DNA of 64,000 nucleotides. Origin: Candidatus Cloacimonadales bacterium. GTDB taxonomy: Bacteria; Cloacimonadota; Cloacimonadia; Cloacimonadales; JAIOQZ01. How positions within the stretch are numbered: position 1 is the stretch's first letter; each line of letters opens with the position of its first letter. A program made the position numbers and the translations under genes. Shown one piece after another: positions 18,430 to 26,782 of the stretch. The stretch is taken from assembly GCA_963662655.2 (NCBI GenBank), contig CAXXTU010000002.1, positions 1,952,001 through 2,016,000 of the forward strand, given 5' to 3'. The notes under the pieces were generated by a model that saw only the letters and a program-made list of their open reading frames with translations, was not told where the DNA came from and did not search any database.

Positions 18430-20372
18430 AACACCTGATAATGGGAACCGCCGGTCATATCGACCACGGGAAAACAACGCTCATCGAGCAGCTCACCGGC
18501 TTCAACTGCGACACACACAAAGAAGAACAACTCCGCGGAATCACTATTCACCTCGGATTCAGCCACCTCGATCTTCCCGGTGGGAACAGCCTGGGGATCG
18601 TGGATGTACCTGGACACGCGGATTTCGTCAACACGATGGTCTCCGGCTCCAGCGGAATCGATTTCGTTCTTTTAGTTATCGCAGCCGACAGCGGCGTTAT
18701 GCCTCAAACGCGTGAGCATCTGCAAATCATTCAAACACTCGGAATCACGCACGGGATTATCGCGCTCACCAAGACCGATCTCGTTGACAACGAGCTTCTT
18801 GAATTCGCTGAAATCGATATCAGGGAGCTTGTGGAAGACACAAATCTCGAGGATGCGCCAATCGTCAAAGTGTCGGCAAGAACCGGGGATGGTATTCCAG
18901 ACTTGATTCAGGCAATCGACGAAATGTCCGAGATCGTGACTGAGAGAGGCAGGGGCGAAATTTTCAGGATGTTCGTGGATCGCATCTTCAACATCGCCGG
19001 GCATGGGACTGTTGTTACCGGCTCTGTGATCAGCGGCGAACTAAATCGCTCGGCCAATACCTATTTACTGCCTGTTGGCGAGAAACTTCGCGCCCGGCGA
19101 CTCGAACGTCACGGCAAGGAAGTCCAGAATATTTCCACTGGCGATCGCGCTTCGATAAACCTGGTGGGACTCGACATCGATCAATACAAGCGCGGTATGA
19201 TGGTCAGCGATCGCATTCTGCCCTCCACAACCATGATCGACGCGCGCCTGAAGCTTTATAAGCATGCCAGGCATCTCGGGCTGTGGTCGCAGGTGATCTT
19301 CTTGCTCGGTACATACACGGGACAGGCACGCATTCATCTGATCGACAAGGACAGGCTGGACGGCGGCGAAGAGGCCATCGTCCAGATACACCTCGATTCC
19401 CCTGCAGTCATCATGCACGGGGACCGTTTCGTGATCCGCAACACCTCCAGCGATCTCACGCTCGGCGGTGGCGAGGTGATAGACGCCCATCCGCTGCACC
19501 ATCGCAGAAGACCGGAAGACCTCGTTCAGAAACTGCACGAAGTCGCCCAGGGCGGGCTCCCCGAGCTTATCGCAACGGAAGTTCGCAAAAGGATAGCGCC
19601 CATCACCGGCGGCGAGCTTGCCGATCTCCTCAACTGCGCGGAGCGAGAGATCGAGAAAGCCGTCGCAGGAGAAATGCCCGAGGACATCGTAGTTCACACG
19701 ACGAAGACATCTGTCTATCTGTTGAGGCGAAGCAGGTATGACAAGCTTCGGTTGAAGATACTACGCTACCTCAATACCTACCACAAGCGAAATCCCCTGG
19801 ATGAGGGAGGTCGGCCATTCGAAGAATTGATGGGGATTTTCGGCGTCCACCGCGATTCAACAACGGAAGCCGTTATGCAGCTCATCCTCGAGCAGCTCGA
19901 TGTCGAAAAAGCAATCAAGCGAGTTGGACACACCTGGGCGCTGTTCGATCACAACGTGAAGCTGACGCCTCGTGACGTCGAGCAGATCGATTTTATCGAT
20001 AAGTACCTGCTTGATTCGCAGATGCACACACCGCTGTGGTCGGAACTGATACCCGATGCTCTCAATAAGGGTATTAGCGAGCTCAAGCTCAAGCAGATTC
20101 TGCAGTTGCTTGTTTTCAAAAACAAAGCCTACAATCTCGACGGAAATTTCATCCATGCGGATATCGTGGACAACAGCAGAAGAACATTGCTTCAATACCT
20201 CACCGAGCACGAAGAGGGCGCTTCTGTCGCAACCTTCAGAGACCTCATCGACGGCAACAGAAAGATTTGCCTGCTTCTGATCAACAAATTCGATCGCGAA
20301 GGAATTACCGTCCGCAAAGGCGACTATCGTACAATTACGCAGCGCGGCAGAGATATACTCGATCCAGCATAG
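18426..20372 (+). CDS. selB: Selenocysteine-specific translation elongation factor
   Basis: GTAGHIDHGKT, RGITIHLGF, DVPGH, TKTD, VDRIF, C-terminal winged-helix extension; ATGA overlap with the selA stop. Confidence 0.96.
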   Translation: MKHLIMGTAGHIDHGKTTLIEQLTGFNCDTHKEEQLRGITIHLGFSHLDLPGGNSLGIVDVPGHADFVNTMVSGSSGIDFVLLVIAADSGVMPQTREHLQIIQTLGITHGIIALTKTDLVDNELLEFAEIDIRELVEDTNLEDAPIVKVSARTGDGIPDLIQAIDEMSEIVTERGRGEIFRMFVDRIFNIAGHGTVVTGSVISGELNRSANTYLLPVGEKLRARRLERHGKEVQNISTGDRASINLVGLDIDQYKRGMMVSDRILPSTTMIDARLKLYKHARHLGLWSQVIFLLGTYTGQARIHLIDKDRLDGGEEAIVQIHLDSPAVIMHGDRFVIRNTSSDLTLGGGEVIDAHPLHHRRRPEDLVQKLHEVAQGGLPELIATEVRKRIAPITGGELADLLNCAEREIEKAVAGEMPEDIVVHTTKTSVYLLRRSRYDKLRLKILRYLNTYHKRNPLDEGGRPFEELMGIFGVHRDSTTEAVMQLILEQLDVEKAIKRVGHTWALFDHNVKLTPRDVEQIDFIDKYLLDSQMHTPLWSELIPDALNKGISELKLKQILQLLVFKNKAYNLDGNFIHADIVDNSRRTLLQYLTEHEEGASVATFRDLIDGNRKICLLLINKFDREGITVRKGDYRTITQRGRDILDPA

Positions 20373-20432
20373 ACTTTACTTTTTTTGCTACTCTGATTCA
20401 ACTTCACACCCTCTTTGCGCGCTCATGAACGA

Positions 20433-20550
20433 GCGCGGCGGGGCGGCGTAGGAAGCGAAGGCTTCCTGAGAACGTATTCGACTCCTTTCAGACAATAGAA
20501 GAACCCGAATACGTTCTCGTGCGCGGAGCGCACACGCCGCCCCGCCGCGC
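20433..20550. repeat. Four-way-junction palindromic element, family B copy 2
   Basis: Closing stem GCGCGGCGGGGCGGCGT/ACGCCGCCCCGCCGCGC; arms AGGAAGC/GCTTCCT, GAGAACGTATTCG/CGAATACGTTCTC, GTGCGC/GCGCAC. Confidence 0.75.
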
Positions 20551-20587
20551 GTGGGTGATCTCGAGATTGCAAGCGGGACATCGTAGC

Positions 20588-20623
20588 AAAAAAAAAGCCG
20601 CTACCTCTTTCGAGGAAGCGGCT
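20588..20623 (-). terminator. Intrinsic terminator of the 20643-21251 gene
   Basis: AGCCGCT..AGCGGCT stem plus a long U-run on the minus strand. Confidence 0.75.
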
Positions 20624-20642
20624 GTAAAAAATGTTCTTTTCG

Positions 20643-21251
20643 TTACTTGAGAAGCATGATCTTACGAGTAACCGATTCTTTTTCTGTTGAGACTCTGAAG
20701 AGATAAACTCCACTGGAAACACTCTTCCCGGAATTGTCTCTACCGTCCCATACGACTTCTCGAAGCCCCTCATCCATCGGATTACCAGCAAATTCCTTCA
20801 CCATCTGACCACGCTGGTTGTAAATGGTAACCTTGACCACAGCGGGTTGATTCAGTCCAAATCGGATAGACGTTGTTGGATTGAACGGATTGGGGTATGC
20901 AGCCGTAAGATCGGCGCACAGGACATCCACGTCCGGTGGTGGCGGTGGCGGCGGTGGCGGTGGCTTGAGATCGACGATTGTTGTCTCGTGACCCGATTGT
21001 TCTTGTGTATTGTCATACACTTCCGCTTCTGCGATTTTCTCAAAAACCAGCGATGTAGTGGTGGTTTGTTCGAAAACGGAAACTTCACCATCAGGTGTAC
21101 GGGCATAAAAATCGGAAAGACCATTGCCATTGACATCATTGAGTTCGGGCAAAGCAACGGTAAATACAACACCCTCGTGATGTACCGTCAGCGCATGCAA
21201 ACACATGGCCAGCAATCCCGTCATCAAAGCAAACAGGAGCGTACGTTTCAT
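20643..21251 (-). CDS. Secreted protein with a single FG-GAP-like repeat, a poly-Pro10 linker and a FlgD-Ig/T9SS-like tail
   Basis: Signal peptide; DVNGNGLSD; P10; AYPNPFNPTTSI..WDGRDNSGKSVSSGVY..RKIMLLK. Confidence 0.8.
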   Translation of the reverse strand: MKRTLLFALMTGLLAMCLHALTVHHEGVVFTVALPELNDVNGNGLSDFYARTPDGEVSVFEQTTTTSLVFEKIAEAEVYDNTQEQSGHETTIVDLKPPPPPPPPPPDVDVLCADLTAAYPNPFNPTTSIRFGLNQPAVVKVTIYNQRGQMVKEFAGNPMDEGLREVVWDGRDNSGKSVSSGVYLFRVSTEKESVTRKIMLLK

Positions 21252-21498
21252 GGCTCTCTCCTTCTACAACCTGGGACTATTCAGGTTACTTAGACCCTTC
21301 TAACGATAAAATAGAATACGCATCTAATTTTGTCACGTTTTTTTTTGTTTTTTTCTTCTTTTTCCGAAATCTTCCCGTATTCTCTTCTGTAAATGGAAGT
21401 TAAACTGCGTCGATTTTCTCGACAACAAGACGATTTCGCTTGCATGAAAGCATTTTCGTTGTAATTTTGACAAGAGAAAACAAAGCACTGGAGGATAC

Positions 21499-21990
21499 AT
21501 GTTAAAGGAAGACTACCTCAAAGCCCTTAAAGGCGGCATGAAGGGAGAGCTTGAAAGCATCACCCTGTATGAGATTGCGAAGGATTACGCCGAGTCCCCG
21601 GAAGTCCGGAATTTCCTCGACCAGCGTATCGAAGAGGAGAAGCGACACTACAATTACCTGCTCGATTACTACAACGACCTTTCGGCAGACAAGCCACTTT
21701 GTAAAGCGGATCTGAGCGCGGAAATGGTTCACCCCTTCATCAGCGATGAAATCATCGACCGAATATCCGGGAAGCAAATCCTGTTTTCGACTATATCAAC
21801 GGCCGTCTTGCTTGAAAAAACCGCTTTCGAGTACTACCGGAAATGCGCGGATGAGGCCGATATCCCAGAATTGAAATCCCTCTTCCACGTCCTCGCGGAA
21901 TGGGAAGTCCAGCACTATGACGACCTCTTGAAAATCGAAAAGGAAGCGGAGAAAGAATATTGGCAGCGTAATCGTTTCGAACCTTTCTAA
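21499..21990 (+). CDS. Rubrerythrin/ferritin-like protein
   Basis: Two E..Y..EExxH diiron motifs (EEEKRH, EWEVQH). Confidence 0.85.
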   Translation: MLKEDYLKALKGGMKGELESITLYEIAKDYAESPEVRNFLDQRIEEEKRHYNYLLDYYNDLSADKPLCKADLSAEMVHPFISDEIIDRISGKQILFSTISTAVLLEKTAFEYYRKCADEADIPELKSLFHVLAEWEVQHYDDLLKIEKEAEKEYWQRNRFEPF

Positions 21991-22149
21991 CTTTCGACAA
22001 GCAAGCGAAGGGAGTTATCGGCTTCTTATCCGTAATGCATTATTGATATGAGCCGGTTGCCGATTATATCAAACCATATCGATGCGTTCATAAATCGCTA
22101 TATCCCTTATCTGTTTGCTTTCAATGACATTACGGCAAATCGAGACAAT

Positions 22150-22164
22150 TGGCACAACATTTGT
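22150..22164 (+). promoter_or_regulatory. Candidate sigma-54 (-24/-12) promoter
   Basis: TGGCAC-AACAT-TTGT versus consensus TGGCAC-N5-TTGC, about 50 nt before ATG 22216; a GAFTGA activator gene lies downstream. Confidence 0.5.
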
Positions 22165-22215
22165 ATTATAGCCAGTCGGATGCGTAAACTTGGACGATGG
22201 AAAAAGGAGGATCCT

Positions 22216-23463
22216 ATGAAACGCTTCATGATATTACTCATTGTTCTTCTCGCTGTTTGGGGATTAACAGCGCAAGAAGCCACAACAGAAGCCGAAAAAG
22301 CACAGCAAGAGCTTCAGGAAAGCGAACAGGAACTGCAGGAAGCTTATGATGAAACACAAGCTGAAATGGAAGAAGTCAAAGAGCAGATGAGAATAATCTC
22401 GAGTACCAGCGCTGACGGCGTGAACGTTACCGTTGAGTACGACACTTCCCAAAAGGCGTTCATGGGGATATTCGCCAGCAACCTTTCCCTGACCAAAGCT
22501 CGTGATCTCAACTACACTGGCGACTATGGAATCATCATCAATCGTATTTCGGAAAACACAGCCGCCGATAAGTACCGCCTGATGGCTAACGACATCCTGA
22601 TGAAGATCGACGACAACAAACTTTATGACTACAAGACATTTACAAATGTCCTTAGCCAGTATTCCCCGGGCGACGAAGCTGTTCTGACGCTATTCCGCGC
22701 CGGCGAAGAAATTACGCAGGATTTCGAATTCGGCCAACGAGGGAAGTCCGTCGAAACGGCCTACTTCACGGTTGACGACTACATGGAAGACGCAGACCGG
22801 ACGGGGCATGGCGGCATCGGCTGGACGCCTCAGCTATATCACCCGGATCTCGACGATATCAATTACATCATGAACAAGTTCGGGTTCAGCGACCTCGACG
22901 ACAAAGGCCTTTTCATGCACGGTATCCACGGCAATTTCCATGTCGGCAAGAATTTCTACCTCGGTGGATCGTACTACTGGTATCCCGAGCTGAGTCGCTC
23001 CCGCAACTACGTCACCGCCGACAGCGTGAACACGACCAGGAAACTCAGATACTACACAAAATACTGGGGCATCAGCCTCGATCGCCGCTTCCGCATCGCA
23101 AGCTGGATGACAACCTCCGTAGGTTTCACCGCAGGAAAGAGCACGACTTCGATCAAAGTGGCTCAAACCGCCTCCGACGCAGGCAACGTGACCTGGGGCG
23201 ACATCGAAACCGGCATGGATATGTCGGGCAACAATCAACTGGAATTGAAAAAAGAATACATTATCTTCCATCCACGAGTGGCCACCTACATCAAGATACT
23301 TGATTGGCTGAGGATCCGTGCCGAAGCGGGTTACATGTTCGGATACTCATGGCACTCGGGGTGGCAGGCAAAGATGATGGACAAAAGTTTCGACATGGCC
23401 GATTCTCCCAACACATCGTACGATGGATGGACATTCAGCATCGGGCCATGGCTGGGGTTTTAA
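22216..23463 (+). CDS. Secreted PDZ-domain protein with a putative C-terminal outer-membrane beta-barrel
   Basis: AGGAGG RBS; signal peptide; acidic coiled coil; PDZ (FMGIF..AADKYRLMANDILMKID..FRAGEE); amphipathic strands ending WTFSIGPWLGF. Confidence 0.7.
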   Translation: MKRFMILLIVLLAVWGLTAQEATTEAEKAQQELQESEQELQEAYDETQAEMEEVKEQMRIISSTSADGVNVTVEYDTSQKAFMGIFASNLSLTKARDLNYTGDYGIIINRISENTAADKYRLMANDILMKIDDNKLYDYKTFTNVLSQYSPGDEAVLTLFRAGEEITQDFEFGQRGKSVETAYFTVDDYMEDADRTGHGGIGWTPQLYHPDLDDINYIMNKFGFSDLDDKGLFMHGIHGNFHVGKNFYLGGSYYWYPELSRSRNYVTADSVNTTRKLRYYTKYWGISLDRRFRIASWMTTSVGFTAGKSTTSIKVAQTASDAGNVTWGDIETGMDMSGNNQLELKKEYIIFHPRVATYIKILDWLRIRAEAGYMFGYSWHSGWQAKMMDKSFDMADSPNTSYDGWTFSIGPWLGF

Positions 23464-23598
23464 TCCTCTAACTCTCTTCTCACGACGGGTGTTATCCTCA
23501 AAACACCCGTCCTCCCCTTTACGAAGGGATAGCAGGAAATCCTTGACGCAAATCATCAACGCGTAATTGTACGTGAGATATACTAACGGGTGGACACT

Positions 23599-24162
23599 AT
23601 GTTCGGGGCGTTCGGACAAAAAGTTATTACAGGCATTGTTACATTTACTTCGATGATGTTCTCATCCTACAAAGGTAATTTCGCCAAGTTCGATGGGATC
23701 GCGTTGCAGCAGGATAGCAAGTGTATCCAAATGTCGGTAAATCTGGAAGAAGCCTTCGAGAACGATTTCGAAGAGTTCTTCCGTTGCGGCAAGCCGATCT
23801 CGATCTGGTTTCTGGTTCAGATACGCAGCGGCAACGAGAACGTGAAGGAATTCTACTACGCCCACCGCGTGAAATACGACCCACTTTTGCAATATTACAC
23901 CGTGTTCCTTCAGGAAACCGATGACATTGTCACTTTTGAGACCCATGAAGAAGTTGTTGACGCGATCAGGCAATTCCACTGTAAATGGGAAGTCCCTCCC
24001 GAATTCAATCGTGGAGACGAGATCGAGGTGATTATCGGCGGTTATCTGACGAAGCTTCGCCTCGAATCGACGGGCGAGGAGTTCGACTTGATGAATCTCT
24101 GGCACCATCGTCGGCCATACGCGCAGGGAACTATCGTTTGGGGTTATCCGGATGAAAATTAG
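23599..24162 (+). CDS. DUF4390-like periplasmic protein
   Basis: VKYDPLLQYYTV motif; position upstream of an NtrY/NtrX-like pair. Confidence 0.55.
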   Translation: MFGAFGQKVITGIVTFTSMMFSSYKGNFAKFDGIALQQDSKCIQMSVNLEEAFENDFEEFFRCGKPISIWFLVQIRSGNENVKEFYYAHRVKYDPLLQYYTVFLQETDDIVTFETHEEVVDAIRQFHCKWEVPPEFNRGDEIEVIIGGYLTKLRLESTGEEFDLMNLWHHRRPYAQGTIVWGYPDEN

Positions 24163-25321
24163 ACTGGGTTTACGCTTTACTGTTTTCCTTGTATTTATCG
24201 TTCTGTATCTGTTCAGCCTGCTGGCGCTCAACCGCTTCTTCGTCTCCCACCAGGAGAAGATGAACCACATCTTCCATAAGCTTTCTACGGAGAACCTCTT
24301 CCCCACGATGGTTTTCGAAACGGAGACGGACAGCACCGCGGCCAAGCAGTATTTCACACGAGTCAACGATTCGATCGCCGGCATCCGCGCGATTCAGGTG
24401 GATATGCGCCGCTATTTCTCGATCGCGTTCCTGGGAATCGCCATCGTCTCGATCACGATTTTCATCTTCGTTTTCATGTATCTGACGAAACCGCTGCAGA
24501 AGCTGCGCAGCGCTACGGAGAAAATCCGCGAAGGCGATTACAACGTCCGCCTGCCCGAGTCAGGCACGGACGAAATGCGGCGCCTCGTCCAATCGTTCAA
24601 CGATATGAGCCGTCAGCTCGAGACCACCCAGAACAAGCTCGTTCAAGCCGAAAAAGAGATGATCTGGAAAGAGCTCTCCCGGATTCTCGCGCACGAGATC
24701 AAGAACCCGCTGACGCCCATCCAGCTCGCGGTTCAACGCCTGGAAGAAAAATACGAGCTCGATCGCGAACGGTTCTTCGAGATTTTCCCCGAATCCTCAT
24801 CCGTCATTACGCAGGAAGTAAACAACCTCCGCAGGCTCGTGCAGGAGTTCTCGACCTTCGCCAAGGCCGCCACACCTGAGCCGGTCGTTTTCGATCCCTC
24901 GGAGCTCATTCAGGAAATCCTGCGCTCCTACCAACACGATTTCAACCTGAAGACGGACATTATCAAAGACCGGAAGATCAAGTTCGACCGCACCCATTTC
25001 TATCAGATTTTTACAAACATCCTGCAGAACGCCATCGACGCCTCCCCCACCGGCGGAGAAATCCACATCAACCTCTTCGAAAGCCGGAGCTATCTGGTTC
25101 TGGAAATTATCGATCAGGGGAAGGGCATCAAGCAGGAAGACATATCGCGCATCTTCGATCCCTATTTCACGCGCAAGCAGCGCGGAACCGGCTTGGGGTT
25201 GGCTCTCGTGAAACGCCTTACGGAAGTCAACCACAGCGTTGTCCGCGTAAAATCGAATATTGGCGAAGGCACCAAGTTCGAACTGATCATGGAGGAACAT
25301 CATGAACATACTGATCATTGA
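24152..25321 (+). CDS. HAMP-domain sensor histidine kinase (NtrY-like)
   Basis: 2 TM, HAMP, LAHEIKNPLTPIQL, NILQNAIDA, GTGLGL. Confidence 0.9.
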   Translation: MKIRLGLRFTVFLVFIVLYLFSLLALNRFFVSHQEKMNHIFHKLSTENLFPTMVFETETDSTAAKQYFTRVNDSIAGIRAIQVDMRRYFSIAFLGIAIVSITIFIFVFMYLTKPLQKLRSATEKIREGDYNVRLPESGTDEMRRLVQSFNDMSRQLETTQNKLVQAEKEMIWKELSRILAHEIKNPLTPIQLAVQRLEEKYELDRERFFEIFPESSSVITQEVNNLRRLVQEFSTFAKAATPEPVVFDPSELIQEILRSYQHDFNLKTDIIKDRKIKFDRTHFYQIFTNILQNAIDASPTGGEIHINLFESRSYLVLEIIDQGKGIKQEDISRIFDPYFTRKQRGTGLGLALVKRLTEVNHSVVRVKSNIGEGTKFELIMEEHHEHTDH

Positions 25322-26657
25322 CGACGAACCGAACATTCGCAATACCCTGTGCAGCATCATGACGGACGAAGGCTATCGTTGCGAGGTAGCTGAAAACGGT
25401 ATGGAAGGAATCGCCAGGCTTGAGAACTACGAGCCGGACGTGATTCTTCTCGATGTGCAGATGGATGGGATGGACGGGCTGGAGACCCTGGAGAAAATCC
25501 TGCATTGGGACCAGACGATCGAAGTGATCATGATTTCGGGACACAGCGGTATCCGGGAGGCGGTTCGGGCGATCAAGCTCGGGGCGTTCGACTTCCTGGA
25601 AAAACCGCTCAGCCTCCCCAAGGTGAAGCTCGCCGTAAAGAAGGCCATCGAGTTCGGGTCGATCAACCGCGAGTACCGCAGGTTCAGATCCAACCTCGCC
25701 GAGGGCTATCGACTCGTCGGCGAGAATGAAGGGATGCTCAAGCTGAAGGAGATCATCCGCAAGGTTGCCGCCAGCAACTCCAAGGTGCTTATTCAAGGCG
25801 AAAGCGGCACCGGCAAGGAGTTGGTGGCGTTCGCCATCCACAGCCAGAGCCAGCGTTCCGATAAAGCGTTCATCAAATTCAATTCCGCCGCGATCCCCAC
25901 GGAATTGGTGGAAAGCGAGCTCTTCGGCTATGAGAAGGGCGCGTTCACAGGCGCGGTGAAGACCAAGCGGGGGAAGCTCGAAGAAGCCGACGGCGGAACC
26001 ATCTTCCTGGATGAAATCGGCGACATGTCGCTTTCCGCGCAGGCAAAGATTCTGCGGGTGATGCAGGAGGGCGAGTTCGAGCGAGTGGGAAGCACCCACA
26101 CGCGCAAGATTGACGCACGCATTATCGCCGCGACCCACAAGGACCTGAGCCAGATGGTGAAGGAAGGCACATTCCGCGAGGATCTCTTCTACCGGCTGAA
26201 TGTCGTCCCCATATCCTGCCCTCCCCTGCGCGAGCGAACCAGCGATATTCCGGTGCTCATTCACCACTTTTCGCAGCATTTCGCCCGGGAACTCAACGTA
26301 CCTGAGAAGGAGTTCGATCCGAGAACCATCAACGAACTGAAAACCTGGCGTTTCTCGGGAAACGTGCGAGAGCTGCGCAACCTGATCGAGCGAATCTACA
26401 TACTGGTTGAAGAACGGTGCATTCTGCCGGAGAATCTCCCCGTGGAAGGCACGGAGAAATCGGAATGCGATAACAGCTTCTGGGAGAACACCCTGCCGTT
26501 CAACGACAAGAAGAAGGAATTCGAAACACGCTACCTGAAAGCACAACTCGAAAAATTCGACAACCACATCTCGAACACCGCCAAAGCGCTCTCGCTTCAC
26601 CAGAGCAATTTGTCCCGCAAGTTAAAAGAGCTTGATATATTCCAGGGCTCTGAATAA
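25302..26657 (+). CDS. Sigma-54-dependent response regulator (NtrX/NtrC family)
   Basis: REC domain, GESGTGKE, GAFTGA, FLDEIGD, C-terminal HTH. Confidence 0.93.
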   Translation: MNILIIDDEPNIRNTLCSIMTDEGYRCEVAENGMEGIARLENYEPDVILLDVQMDGMDGLETLEKILHWDQTIEVIMISGHSGIREAVRAIKLGAFDFLEKPLSLPKVKLAVKKAIEFGSINREYRRFRSNLAEGYRLVGENEGMLKLKEIIRKVAASNSKVLIQGESGTGKELVAFAIHSQSQRSDKAFIKFNSAAIPTELVESELFGYEKGAFTGAVKTKRGKLEEADGGTIFLDEIGDMSLSAQAKILRVMQEGEFERVGSTHTRKIDARIIAATHKDLSQMVKEGTFREDLFYRLNVVPISCPPLRERTSDIPVLIHHFSQHFARELNVPEKEFDPRTINELKTWRFSGNVRELRNLIERIYILVEERCILPENLPVEGTEKSECDNSFWENTLPFNDKKKEFETRYLKAQLEKFDNHISNTAKALSLHQSNLSRKLKELDIFQGSE

Positions 26658-26782
26658 AGTGTTTTTGTACTGAGCAGAACCTCTGAATGCCGGGAATCCG
26701 GCCCCTAGAGAGAATTCCGCTTATGCCGATTAAGTTTTAAACATATAAAAGAAGTATGTAAGTAACACGGGAGGATAAATCA

